Shown in pieces: positions 27,900 through 37,054 of a stretch of 64,000 bases of DNA. The notes under the pieces are model-generated. The model was not told where the DNA came from, did no database searches, and worked only from the letters and a program-made list of their open reading frames with translations. A program made the position numbers and the translations under genes. Source of the stretch: an uncultured delta proteobacterium. Lineage in GTDB: Bacteria; Desulfobacterota; RBG-13-43-22. Location: assembly GCA_963843145.1 (NCBI GenBank), contig CAWJJC010000020.1:101398-165397 (forward strand). The letters are read 5' to 3'. Position 1 is the stretch's first letter, and each line of letters opens with the position of its first letter.

Positions 27900-27952
27900 T
27901 CATAACAGTTTTTTAATCCACAATCAGCAATCCAAAATCCACAATTTACTTC

Positions 27953-28780
27953 CTATCCCTTGAGTTGTTTGACTGTCGGCGCAGCAGTAAGCACCTGCAT
28001 CTGGCGGATGGCGATCTCGTTCAGGCGTTTGAGCCGGTCCCCTTGCGGCAGACCCATATGAATGAGTTCGGCGTTCATGCCTTCGATGTTGGCCAGTACC
28101 AGTAACTGTTCCACCGTGGCATATTCTCTCATGTTGTCCTCAAGTTTTGGATTGGCGTCGCGCCACTCCTTCGCGGTCTGCCCGAAGAGAGCAATATTGA
28201 GTACATCCGCCTCAGTGGCGTAGGTGATGGCCGCCTGAGCCGGAGTAACGGCAGCAGGAATAAGATGGGCTTTCACGGCATCCGTGTGGATGCGGTAATT
28301 AAGCTTGGACAAAGTGCGGTTGAGGTTCCAGGATAAGGAGAGGCGACGATTTTCGTCGTCCTTGAGGCGCTGGAATTCCTTGATGAGGTAGAGCTTAAAC
28401 TCAGGACTGAGCCAGGAGCCGAACTCAAAGGCTATGTCCTTGTGGGCATAGGTGCCGCCGTAGCGCCCGGCACTGGCGACTATACCACGGGCGGCAGTGC
28501 GCTCAACCCACTTCTTGGCTGATAGAAAAAAACTATTCCTTCCTGCCTCGTTTTTAATTCCCTCGAATTCGAGGGAATTAAAAACGGGATTGTGGATTTG
28601 CTCCCACACACCAAGGAAAAGAACGGTGTCTTTGTTCTTAAGCCACTGTTCGATCAGGGCGTTACCCCCATCAAAATGCTTTACCATATCAGTGAGTGAG
28701 ATGAAATCGCCCTGGTCCTTGGAAAGAATGGTTATAGCCGTTCCCTGGACTTCTATGATTGCTTTTTTGCCCTTGCCCAT
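27953..28780 (-). CDS. KilA-N domain protein
   Basis: 275-aa ORF. The N-terminal region (..ISLTDM.K........I..WL.N..T..FLG.WE...NP.F) and ..YAHKDIAFEFGSWLSPEFKLYLIKEF.. match the KilA-N proteins commonly embedded in type I R-M loci. Confidence 0.75.
   Translation of the reverse strand: MGKGKKAIIEVQGTAITILSKDQGDFISLTDMVKHFDGGNALIEQWLKNKDTVLFLGVWEQIHNPVFNSLEFEGIKNEAGRNSFFLSAKKWVERTAARGIVASAGRYGGTYAHKDIAFEFGSWLSPEFKLYLIKEFQRLKDDENRRLSLSWNLNRTLSKLNYRIHTDAVKAHLIPAAVTPAQAAITYATEADVLNIALFGQTAKEWRDANPKLEDNMREYATVEQLLVLANIEGMNAELIHMGLPQGDRLKRLNEIAIRQMQVLTAAPTVKQLKG
28549..28586. repeat. perfect 38-bp palindrome centred on GAATTC, inside the KilA-N CDS
   Basis: CGTTTTTAATTCCCTCGAA|TTCGAGGGAATTAAAAACG, verified base by base. 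It encodes VFNSLEFEGIKN. Confidence 0.95.
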
Positions 28781-28789
28781 GGTTCCCCC

Positions 28790-31336
28790 CTATGCCACAA
28801 ACTGGTTCAAGGATACGTAATCTTTGACATATTCAGGAATGATCGTGCGGTACTTGGGCGGCACGGCCTTGAAATCGCGGGTGGAAAAGATTGGATTGGT
28901 GGCCAGGTCGGTGAACTGCTTTTCTTCGATAATGTGGCGCAATTGGCCGCTGGTGACGTAGGCTTTGAAATAGGTCTTGATGGCGGGGATGGCCTCAGCC
29001 TCTTGGGGCTTGGTATCGGCCACGAACTTGGCGAATTCCTCTTCCAGCAGTTCGTCCTTGGACTTGAACCGCGGGATGAGGCCGAAAATCTTCTCCAGGA
29101 TCTCCCGCAGGGCCAGGCGTCGGTCCACGGCGGCAGCTTTGCGCAACTTGTGGAGGGTGTAGTACTCCTCGGGTTTGTCGAAGACCTCGCGGTTTACGTA
29201 GTCGATGACGCGGTCCCACTGCCCGGCCTCGACGGCTTTCGCGATGATCTCGTTCTCGCGCACGGTATCTTCGAATTTCTCGAAGAACATACGGTCGATC
29301 TTCATCCCTTCGAAGCCGATATCAAAAATTTTCATGGAGGCGAGAATATCCTCGCCCAAGTGCTCGTAAGCGCCGCCGTACACCACTGGTCCCCTTCCAC
29401 CGGTGTTTTCGCTCCCTTTGCCCTGGGGCCGGGGAAGCTTCAGCACCTCGTCATAGTTGAACTTCTCCTCGAAGTATTCGCAATTGGCGAAGAAGTCGAA
29501 AAGCTTGAAGGCGGACTTCTGCGGTTGTAAGACGCCCTCTTTGAGGCCGTCGTCGAAAAGCTGTTCGAGAAAGTTGTGCTTGCGGGTGCCGCGTCCCTTG
29601 ATCTGGATGAAGTCCGTCGGCGAGAAAATCGGTCGAAACAGACCGAGATTGAGGATGTCGGTGCAATCGTAGCCGGTGGTCATCATGCCGACAGTCACGC
29701 AGACGCGGGCCTTGCTGGTCCTGTAGGCGGGCAGGAAGTTGGTCGAACCGAGCAGGTTGTTGTTGGCGAAGTTGATGGTGAACTGCTGGGCGTCGGGGAT
29801 CGTTGAGGTGACCTGAACGGCGAAGTCGGACTGGTACCTGCCGGGGAACAGGCGATCGGCCATCTGATTGAAGATCTGTACCAGCTTCGCGGCGTGATTT
29901 TGGCTGACAGTGAAGATGATGGATTTGCCGATCTCTCCGCTGACGGGATCGCGCAGGGCGTTTTCCAGAAAGGTCTTGCAGAAGAGCTGGTTGGTGGCCT
30001 TAGAAAAGAAGCTCTTCTCGAAATCGCTCTTCCGCTTCCTTAAGGTCTCCTGCTGGTCTTCATCCTCTTCGTCAGTGAAGGAGCATATGAAGCCCCGTTC
30101 GGAGAGCAATTGGGTTGTAATTTCAGTGCGGGCATCCACCACCGTGGGGTTGATCAGGTAGCCTTCCTTCACGCCGTCGAGCAGCGAGTAACGATAGGTT
30201 GGCTGGCTGTTCTCGCAGCCGAAGGTCCGGTAGGTGTCCAGCAACAGTCGGCGCTCGGCTTCGCGCGGGTCGCGGGTGGAAGGATTGGTCTTGTCAAACC
30301 GTTTAAGGTAGTCGCGGGGCGTAGCGGTAAGGCCGAGCTTGTAGCCGATGAAGTAGTCGAAGACGGCGCGGGCGTTGCCGCCGATGGAGCGGTGGGCTTC
30401 GTCGGAAATGACCAGGTCGAAATCGGTTGGCGAGAAGAGCCGCTGGTACTTGTTGTTGAAGAGCAGCGACTGCACCGTGGTGACCACTATTTCCGCCCGC
30501 CGCCAGTCGTCACGGTTTTCCTTGTAGATCACCGTCTGAAAGTCAGGGGACAGCAGCGCCTTGAAGGCCTTCCTGGCCTGATCCTCCAGTTCGAGGCGAT
30601 CCACCAGAAACAGCACGCGTCGGGCATTGCCGGATCGGAGGAAGAGTTTGATGACGGCGGCGGCCGTGAGGGTCTTGCCGGTGCCGGTGGCCATCTCGAA
30701 CAGGAAGCGGTCTTTGCCGTCCTTCACGGCCCGCTGCAGGGCGTGAATGGCCTTCAACTGATAGGGCCGCAAGAAACGCAGTTTATTGGTCAGGATGTAG
30801 CCGGAACGCTCCGTCTCATTGCGCCAGGCCGCTTCGGATTGATAGTTCGGACGCTGAGTCAGCACGATGTAGTCTTCGTCGACCGGATCCTCGATTAGGC
30901 GTTGCGGGTTGGGCCTGACCTGCTGGTAGCCGATCACCGAGTCCGGCGTTGGGAAGGACGTAATAAGATAGGGGTTGCCGCGCTCCAGGTCCCAGAAGTA
31001 GTGCAAGTTGCCGTTGGAGAGGATCACGAACCGGCAGTTCTGGGACTTGGCGTATTTGCGGGCCTGCTCCTTGCCGACGAGCGGGTTCCTGTCCTCCGAT
31101 TTGGCCTCTAGGACGATGAGCGGGAAACCTTTGCTGTCGAGCAGCAGGAAGTCGATGAAGCCCTTACTCGTCTTCTCGAAGTTCTCGCCCAGCGCTTCCA
31201 GATCGGCTGACTTGATCGTCACGCTGGGTTCCAGGCGGATGTTAGCGTACGCGCCTCCTTCCGGAAAGAAGCGCCAGCCTGCCGCTTCGAGCAGCCTGTT
31301 GATCTTTATACGGGCAGTGGCTTCTTTATTTGCCAT
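28790..31336 (-). CDS. hsdR: type I restriction endonuclease R subunit (intact)
   Basis: 848-aa ORF with an N-terminal nuclease-type region (RIKINRLLEAAGW..), SF2 helicase motifs (MATGTGKT, DEAH-type ISDEAHRS, QIKGRGTR) and a C-terminal helical domain. Confidence 0.9.
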   Translation of the reverse strand: MANKEATARIKINRLLEAAGWRFFPEGGAYANIRLEPSVTIKSADLEALGENFEKTSKGFIDFLLLDSKGFPLIVLEAKSEDRNPLVGKEQARKYAKSQNCRFVILSNGNLHYFWDLERGNPYLITSFPTPDSVIGYQQVRPNPQRLIEDPVDEDYIVLTQRPNYQSEAAWRNETERSGYILTNKLRFLRPYQLKAIHALQRAVKDGKDRFLFEMATGTGKTLTAAAVIKLFLRSGNARRVLFLVDRLELEDQARKAFKALLSPDFQTVIYKENRDDWRRAEIVVTTVQSLLFNNKYQRLFSPTDFDLVISDEAHRSIGGNARAVFDYFIGYKLGLTATPRDYLKRFDKTNPSTRDPREAERRLLLDTYRTFGCENSQPTYRYSLLDGVKEGYLINPTVVDARTEITTQLLSERGFICSFTDEEDEDQQETLRKRKSDFEKSFFSKATNQLFCKTFLENALRDPVSGEIGKSIIFTVSQNHAAKLVQIFNQMADRLFPGRYQSDFAVQVTSTIPDAQQFTINFANNNLLGSTNFLPAYRTSKARVCVTVGMMTTGYDCTDILNLGLFRPIFSPTDFIQIKGRGTRKHNFLEQLFDDGLKEGVLQPQKSAFKLFDFFANCEYFEEKFNYDEVLKLPRPQGKGSENTGGRGPVVYGGAYEHLGEDILASMKIFDIGFEGMKIDRMFFEKFEDTVRENEIIAKAVEAGQWDRVIDYVNREVFDKPEEYYTLHKLRKAAAVDRRLALREILEKIFGLIPRFKSKDELLEEEFAKFVADTKPQEAEAIPAIKTYFKAYVTSGQLRHIIEEKQFTDLATNPIFSTRDFKAVPPKYRTIIPEYVKDYVSLNQFVA

Positions 31337-31698
31337 TCGGTTTCAATTTTCTGTTCGTCCTACGTGGGTGGCCGATATGATAGCCAAAAAGGTCATCCGG
31401 AGCTCCCAGTATGGGCGATCGGGGGATTGGTGCGGCATGGTAGAAGGCAGGCAGGGAACGAACGCTGGCATTCCTAACACCCATGTGGGCCGGCAAAGCG
31501 GCAACTCATTGAAAGAAGGGGTTAAAAAGTAAGAAAAGAAATTTCATTTGACTTTAATTCGGAAGAATAGGGTTGTCAAGGACTTTTGCAGTAAATACAA
31601 ATGAATAGAGAATCAGGGAAGCTTGGGGGAGCGAAAAGTTGGAAAATTTCCGCAATCTAACCGCTGAGGTACTCGCAAAAGTCCGTCAGATCGTGCTT

Positions 31699-31736
31699 GT
31701 CATTCCGAGTCCCGCGATAGCGCGGGACGAAGAATC
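31699..31736. repeat. REP-like hairpin GTCATTCCGAG-TCCCGCG-ATAG-CGCGGGA-CGAAGAATC
   Basis: 7-bp stem read directly from the sequence. It shares the GTCATTCCG.. head with the elements at 36902, 40904 and 63432. Confidence 0.6.
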
Positions 31737-31876
31737 TTGTTTTTTAAAGGGAGGGTTTTAAACGGAATTGGGTTTGGTCCGGCTCAATTATTCACAGCCG
31801 AGGGCGGCTGTGCTACATGAAAGCGCAATGGAATCCCTGTCCGCTGGAGCGCCAGGTCAGCCGCTGGGAATGCTGA

Positions 31877-32728
31877 TCACCCCAGTTCGAAAGTCGTCAC
31901 GCCGAACACTCGGTTGATGGGCAAATCAGGGCTTTTCCCCTTGTACATGCGGGCCGTCTCGAAGGCGACCATCATCTTGTGCCGCTCCACCAATTGGACT
32001 GCCGCTGAATTCACTGACGGCGTGTCCAAAAAAATGGGGGCACCTTCCGGGGCCCGGGCCTTCAAAGCCAGGAATAGTTGGTCCGCAAACTCCGGACTGT
32101 CCGCAAACAACGGACCTACCTTGTATCCGGAGCGACAAATACGCAGGACCCCATAACCTGCCAGCTTGCGATTTCGTAGAATGCCCAGTGCCGCGCTTTG
32201 GGGTTGGTCAATCCAACACCTCAGGAATTGCCTGCGCTTATCGGGGAAAAAGGGTTCGTCGTAGGCGACAATCTCTTCAAAAGGGATCGTGGACAACGGG
32301 ACGATCCCTGAATCAGCCGGAAAATACCCGCCACCGGTTCCCTGAACGCGGATATTTTTATAAGCCAATGAAAACCCGGATTTCTGGTAGTTACCTTGTT
32401 GAGCGACTACCCCATCAAGCCCGACCGTACGACCTCTAAGGTCCGCAAGACCGGCATTCCATATCTGAATACCATAGCCCTGGCCACGATACTCCGGCTT
32501 GACCAGGTAAAAACCAAGAAAGCCAAAGGAATCGCCATATTTCACGACTGAAAGCGTGGCGATCGGCTCATCCTCCAGCAATCCGATAAGGAAACCGGTG
32601 GGATCGGCGGCGTAGAAGCAATCCGCATCGTACAACCCCGGATTCCATCCTTCTGCCGCCGCCCAGTCGATGGCCATATCGACTTCCTGCCGAGTCATCG
32701 CTCTGATGGTATAGCTTTGTCCTGGCAT
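31877..32728 (-). CDS. GNAT family N-acetyltransferase (two-domain)
   Basis: 283-aa ORF with the acetyl-CoA motif V.PEYRGQGYG..IW. and a C-terminal YitH-like second domain. Confidence 0.8.
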   Translation of the reverse strand: MPGQSYTIRAMTRQEVDMAIDWAAAEGWNPGLYDADCFYAADPTGFLIGLLEDEPIATLSVVKYGDSFGFLGFYLVKPEYRGQGYGIQIWNAGLADLRGRTVGLDGVVAQQGNYQKSGFSLAYKNIRVQGTGGGYFPADSGIVPLSTIPFEEIVAYDEPFFPDKRRQFLRCWIDQPQSAALGILRNRKLAGYGVLRICRSGYKVGPLFADSPEFADQLFLALKARAPEGAPIFLDTPSVNSAAVQLVERHKMMVAFETARMYKGKSPDLPINRVFGVTTFELG

Positions 32729-32743
32729 AATGACCCTCAGCGG

Positions 32744-32956
32744 CTATTCCGTTGTTGAACTTTCCAGGGCCTCCTGGACCATCCCCCGCAAACAGGACGG
32801 CAGCCGCTTCAAAACGGGGTCCTGGGTCCGGTTCTGGTGATTCCGAATACACTCACAACAGATCCCATGATTGGGGCAGTCCTCCTTGGGGCAAGAGCAA
32901 TAGGAATTGATCCGGTCCCTGACCGGGCATTCGCAGGGTTGATTCGGGTCCATCAT
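32744..32956 (-). CDS. small Cys-rich protein
   Basis: 70-aa ORF with 10 Cys (CEC..., CSCPKEDCPNHGICCEC). Confidence 0.55.
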   Translation of the reverse strand: MMDPNQPCECPVRDRINSYCSCPKEDCPNHGICCECIRNHQNRTQDPVLKRLPSCLRGMVQEALESSTTE

Positions 32957-32984
32957 TCTTCCTGTTTTGAAACTCGAAATTGGT

Positions 32985-33647
32985 TTATTCTTTCGGGGGG
33001 TGCAGGTGGCGGATAAATTTCCCCTCCACCATATAGATCACCATCTCGGCGATGTTGGTGGCGTGGTCGGCCATGCGCTCCAGGTGTTTGGCCACGTAGC
33101 TGATCTTGACCGCCCGGGAAACCGTGCTGGGATCCTTGATCATGAAAAAAAGCAATTCGTTGAAAATCTGGACCGCCAGGTTATCCATCTGCTCGTCCCG
33201 CTGGATGACATCGTAGGCGATGGCCGTATCCGGTTTGGTGAAGGAATTCAGCACATCGACCACCATGCCCTGGACGATCTTGGCCATGAGGGGGATATCG
33301 ATATAGGGCTTTAACTGGGGCTCCGTATTCAGTTCCAGGGCCAAGTGGCTGATATTTTCCGCGAAGTCGCCGATGCGCTCCAGGTCGGTGGTGATCTTCA
33401 TAGCCGTGGTGATGAAGCGCAGATCCCCTCCCACGGGCTGCCGAAGGGCCAGGACACGGATGCACTCCTCATCGATCTCCACGTCGTAGGTATTGATCAC
33501 CCGATCCCCTTCGATGACCTCTTCGGCTAAACGGTTATTCCGCTCCACCAGCGATCGGATAGCCCGTCCGATGGCCTCCTCCACTAAAGAGCCCATTTTC
33601 AGGATCTTGACCTTCACTTCCCTCAGTTCATCCTCCACCGGTTTCAT
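32985..33647 (-). CDS. phoU: phosphate signalling complex protein PhoU
   Basis: 220-aa ORF with the duplicated PhoU repeat (E..ID.....LAL.QP...DLR.....MKI..DLERIGD and the second ..ERM.DHATNIAE). Confidence 0.9.
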   Translation of the reverse strand: MKPVEDELREVKVKILKMGSLVEEAIGRAIRSLVERNNRLAEEVIEGDRVINTYDVEIDEECIRVLALRQPVGGDLRFITTAMKITTDLERIGDFAENISHLALELNTEPQLKPYIDIPLMAKIVQGMVVDVLNSFTKPDTAIAYDVIQRDEQMDNLAVQIFNELLFFMIKDPSTVSRAVKISYVAKHLERMADHATNIAEMVIYMVEGKFIRHLHPPKE

Positions 33648-35043
33648 GTTTAGGACCTCCTTTTTTTCTTTTCTTGGGCCGCAAGTAGACCCATAACGGG
33701 CCTTTCAACCCCAAGCGATGCATCTTGGAGGCCTCGCCGGGTAGCAGGTCTATCCCCAGACCCGGAAAGACCCAGTTCGGATGGACCTCCGAAAAATCCA
33801 GCAATCGCCCTTCCAAATAATCCCGGACCTTGGGGGACAGATAAAAAAACGGCTCCAGGGGATTCCAGTCTCCGGGCAACAGCCCTTCTTCCCGGGCGAT
33901 TTCCGCCAATCGCGTCCCCGGAAAAACGCGGATGCCGGTCATACAGATCACCGCGGTGGGTTTCAGCTCCTCCACCCGGGCCAAGGTTTCCTCCAGGGTG
34001 CCCCGGGTCTCCCCGGGGCCGCCCAACAGCAGGCTGAAACAAAAAGGGATATCCCGCTCCCGACAGATCCGGACCGCTTCCCGGATTTGAGGCAATGAAA
34101 AATTCTTCCCCATGGCCTCCAGTTGCGCCGGGGCCGCCGCGTCCAGGCCGAACTCCAGGGCGGCGCAACCCGAGGCTTTCATGGCCTCGCCCAACCGGTC
34201 GGTCATGAAACCGGGGTTGACATAGGCTGTCCACTGAACCGGCACTTTTTGCCGAATAATTTCCCGGCAGATGCCTTCGGACTGTTCCTCCGGAAAATTA
34301 AAATTGTTGTCCACGAAAAAAATGTAGTCCAACCCGCGGTCCACCAGGGCCTGGATTTCCCGGACCACCCCCAAGGGTTCCCGCACCCGGACCTTTCGGC
34401 CCTCGATCAGCGGGTAGGTGCAATAGATGCAGTGGAAAGGGCAACCGCGCTTGGATTGAATATTGGTCAGCCCACCCTGTTCCCGGTAGGCCCCGGCATC
34501 AAAGGCTTCCCGGTCCGGCCAGGGAAGGCCATTTAAATCCTCCAGGATGCTGCCGGTTTCCTTTCGGTCTCGGGAAGGACTGGGGGGGAATAACCCGGCA
34601 GCGGGCGCCGGATGAGTGTTCCCCGAGAGTCCGGCTAAGAGTTCAAGGAAAACCCGTTCCCCTTCGCCGACCACCCCATAATCCACCCCCAAGTAGCCCA
34701 AAACCTCTTCCGGCAAAAGGGTGAAACCCGAACCACCGACCACGATCGGGGCCTGGCTCTTACGGCGGCAAAGCGCAACCACCTCTTTGATGAACGGCAG
34801 GTAGGCGGTGGAACGGGGATAGGTGACGTTATCGATGTTGCGGATGGACAGGCCGATGCAGTCGGGCTGGAACGATTCCAGGTCCTGTTCCAGGACCGCC
34901 TGCCAGCAAGGAAGGAAACACAGATCGCTGCCCTTGACAGTCATCCCCGCGGCCTTCAGCACCGCCGCCAGGCTCGCCAGGCCCAGCGGATACACCGGGT
35001 CAGGGCTGACCTCCCGGTTGGGAGAAATCAACAAAACGCGCAT
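33628..35043 (-). CDS. B12-binding domain radical SAM protein
   Basis: Start chosen at MRVLLISPN (ATG at 35043), not at the long ORF start 35211. N-terminal cobalamin-binding-like domain, then KRGCPFHCIYCTYP (CxxxCxxC). Confidence 0.8.
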   Translation of the reverse strand: MRVLLISPNREVSPDPVYPLGLASLAAVLKAAGMTVKGSDLCFLPCWQAVLEQDLESFQPDCIGLSIRNIDNVTYPRSTAYLPFIKEVVALCRRKSQAPIVVGGSGFTLLPEEVLGYLGVDYGVVGEGERVFLELLAGLSGNTHPAPAAGLFPPSPSRDRKETGSILEDLNGLPWPDREAFDAGAYREQGGLTNIQSKRGCPFHCIYCTYPLIEGRKVRVREPLGVVREIQALVDRGLDYIFFVDNNFNFPEEQSEGICREIIRQKVPVQWTAYVNPGFMTDRLGEAMKASGCAALEFGLDAAAPAQLEAMGKNFSLPQIREAVRICRERDIPFCFSLLLGGPGETRGTLEETLARVEELKPTAVICMTGIRVFPGTRLAEIAREEGLLPGDWNPLEPFFYLSPKVRDYLEGRLLDFSEVHPNWVFPGLGIDLLPGEASKMHRLGLKGPLWVYLRPKKRKKGGPKHETGGG

Positions 35044-35264
35044 ACTCAGGCCGCTGCCGGGGATTTGGCCGACACCTCCATCTTTCCAATCCGGCAATAA
35101 CGCATCGGTATTTGACCTTTCGGGCAGACCATCTTGGGCATACAATCCATAGTATTCGTCTTTTGAAGAGCTTGTCAATCTTATTCCCCCGTACGAGCCG
35201 GTCGGAATCAAGACCTTTGCTATTGATTTAAACGGCTTTCTTAGATACAGTAGAAAGAATCGGC

Positions 35265-36869
35265 ATGAACCCTTCCAGCAGAAAAAAAAATCCGAGCGAT
35301 CAAACCTTAAGCCCGGCGGATCTGGCCCAGTTGAAGGCCGCGGGAATCACTCCGGCCCAGGTCCGGCGCCAGCTCGCCCTGTTCCGGAAGGCCGGCCACC
35401 ACCGGAAACTCCACCGGCCCTGTACCCTCGGAGACGGCATCCACCGGATCTCCGCGGTTGCAGCCCGATCCCTGATCCCCCTGCAGGAGGAAGCCGCCGG
35501 GGCCGGGCGGTTTCTGAAATTCGTGCCCGCCTCGGGGGCCGCCAGCCGGATGCTCGAGTCCCTGCATTATTACCATTACCAGTCGGAAATGCCCCGGATC
35601 GAACAGATACGGAAAAGGGCCGCGCGGGGAGGTCAAAGAGCCCGTATGGTCATTCGCTTTCTGGAAGAATGGGAGCGCTTTCCCTTCTCGGCTGAACTGA
35701 AAGAAAAACTCCTGGAAGAGGGCCTTCAGCTCGGCCATCTGACCAAAGGGGACCGCTGGCGCAAGGTACTGAACCTGCTGTTGACCGACCGGGGTTTGAA
35801 TTACCAGGTGCTGCCCAAGGCCCTGATGAAATTCCACCGCTACCCCGACGAATCCCGTTCCGCCATGGAGGAACACCTGATCGAAGCCGCTGCCACCATC
35901 CGCGACGAAAAGGGCCGCGCCTTTCTCCATTTCACCCTCTCCCCCGAACACGAGGCTCTTTTTCTGGAAACCCTAGCTTCGGTGAAGCCCAAACACGAGG
36001 AGCGCTCCGGCACCCGGTTTGAGATCAGCTATTCCCACCAGGACCGCTCGACCGACACCATTGCCGTGGACCTGGAAGGCCGGCCGCTGCGGGAACCCGA
36101 CGGCCGCCTGCACCTGCGGCCCGGGGGGCACGGGGCGCTGCTGCTCAATCTGAACCGACTGCGTGGGGACTTGGTCTACCTGAAAAATATCGACAACGTG
36201 GTGCCCGATCACTTGAAGGGCAGCACCATCGAATGGAAGAAAATCTTGGGGGGGTACCTGATCCAGGCCCAGCGGCAGGTGTTCCGGCACCTGGATAAAC
36301 TTCAGCAGAAACCCGGGGACCAAAGAGGACAGGAGGCGGCCCTGGATTTTCTCCAGCAAGCCCTCTCCATCTCCAAACCGGAAGGGTTCTGGAATTGGCC
36401 GGCGGAGAACCGCAGGGAATTCCTGCTGAAAAAATTAAACCGACCGCTGCGGGTCTGCGGCGTAGTGAAGAACCAGGGTGAGCCGGGTGGGGGTCCCTTC
36501 TGGGTAAGGGGGCGGGACGGCAGCCTGACGCTACAAATCGTGGAAAGCGCTCAGGTGGACCTGGAGTCCGACCAGCAGCATGAAATCTGGTCTCGGGCCA
36601 CCCATTTCAATCCGGTCGACCTGGTCTGCTCACTCCGGGACTATCAGGGAAAACCATTCGATTTAAGGCGCTACGTCGATCCCGAGGCCGTCTTCATCAC
36701 CCGGAAATCCAAAGGCGGCCAGGCGCTGCAGGCCCTGGAACTGCCCGGCCTGTGGAACGGGGCCATGGCCGACTGGATCACCCTCTTCGTCGAAGTCCCC
36801 CTCGAAACCTTCAACCCGGTCAAGACCCTGATGGATCTCCTCCGCCCCGAACACCAGCCCGAATTTTAA
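35265..36869 (+). CDS. DUF4301 family protein
   Basis: 534-aa ORF. The N-terminal L..LK..GI...Q...QL..F and FLKFVPASGAASRM motifs match my recollection of DUF4301. Confidence 0.6.
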   Translation: MNPSSRKKNPSDQTLSPADLAQLKAAGITPAQVRRQLALFRKAGHHRKLHRPCTLGDGIHRISAVAARSLIPLQEEAAGAGRFLKFVPASGAASRMLESLHYYHYQSEMPRIEQIRKRAARGGQRARMVIRFLEEWERFPFSAELKEKLLEEGLQLGHLTKGDRWRKVLNLLLTDRGLNYQVLPKALMKFHRYPDESRSAMEEHLIEAAATIRDEKGRAFLHFTLSPEHEALFLETLASVKPKHEERSGTRFEISYSHQDRSTDTIAVDLEGRPLREPDGRLHLRPGGHGALLLNLNRLRGDLVYLKNIDNVVPDHLKGSTIEWKKILGGYLIQAQRQVFRHLDKLQQKPGDQRGQEAALDFLQQALSISKPEGFWNWPAENRREFLLKKLNRPLRVCGVVKNQGEPGGGPFWVRGRDGSLTLQIVESAQVDLESDQQHEIWSRATHFNPVDLVCSLRDYQGKPFDLRRYVDPEAVFITRKSKGGQALQALELPGLWNGAMADWITLFVEVPLETFNPVKTLMDLLRPEHQPEF

Positions 36870-36901
36870 CCAAAAATAATTGATTGGCCAAGGGAAAGGT
36901 C

Positions 36902-37017
36902 GTAATTCCGGCGAAAGCCCTTCGGCTGGCTCAGGGCCATGAAGCTCTGTCGAATGGCCGGAATCCAGGACCGTTTATGCGGCCAATGCCCTGGATGCCG
37001 GATCGAGTCCGGCAAGA
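36902..37017. repeat. composite REP-like palindromic element
   Basis: AATTCCGGCGAAAGCC...GGCCGGAATCCAGG...CCTGGATGCCGGATCGAGTCCGGCAAGAC. Same building blocks as 40904..40932 and 63432..63565. Confidence 0.6.
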
Positions 37018-37054
37018 CAAATTAAATAAGGAAGGAAGGGTTGTCTAAGGTTTT

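Noticed and set aside
33628-35211. The full 527-aa version of the radical SAM ORF.
   Set aside because: The first 56 residues have no family-like character. MRVLLISPN at 35043 is the typical start of B12-binding radical SAM proteins.
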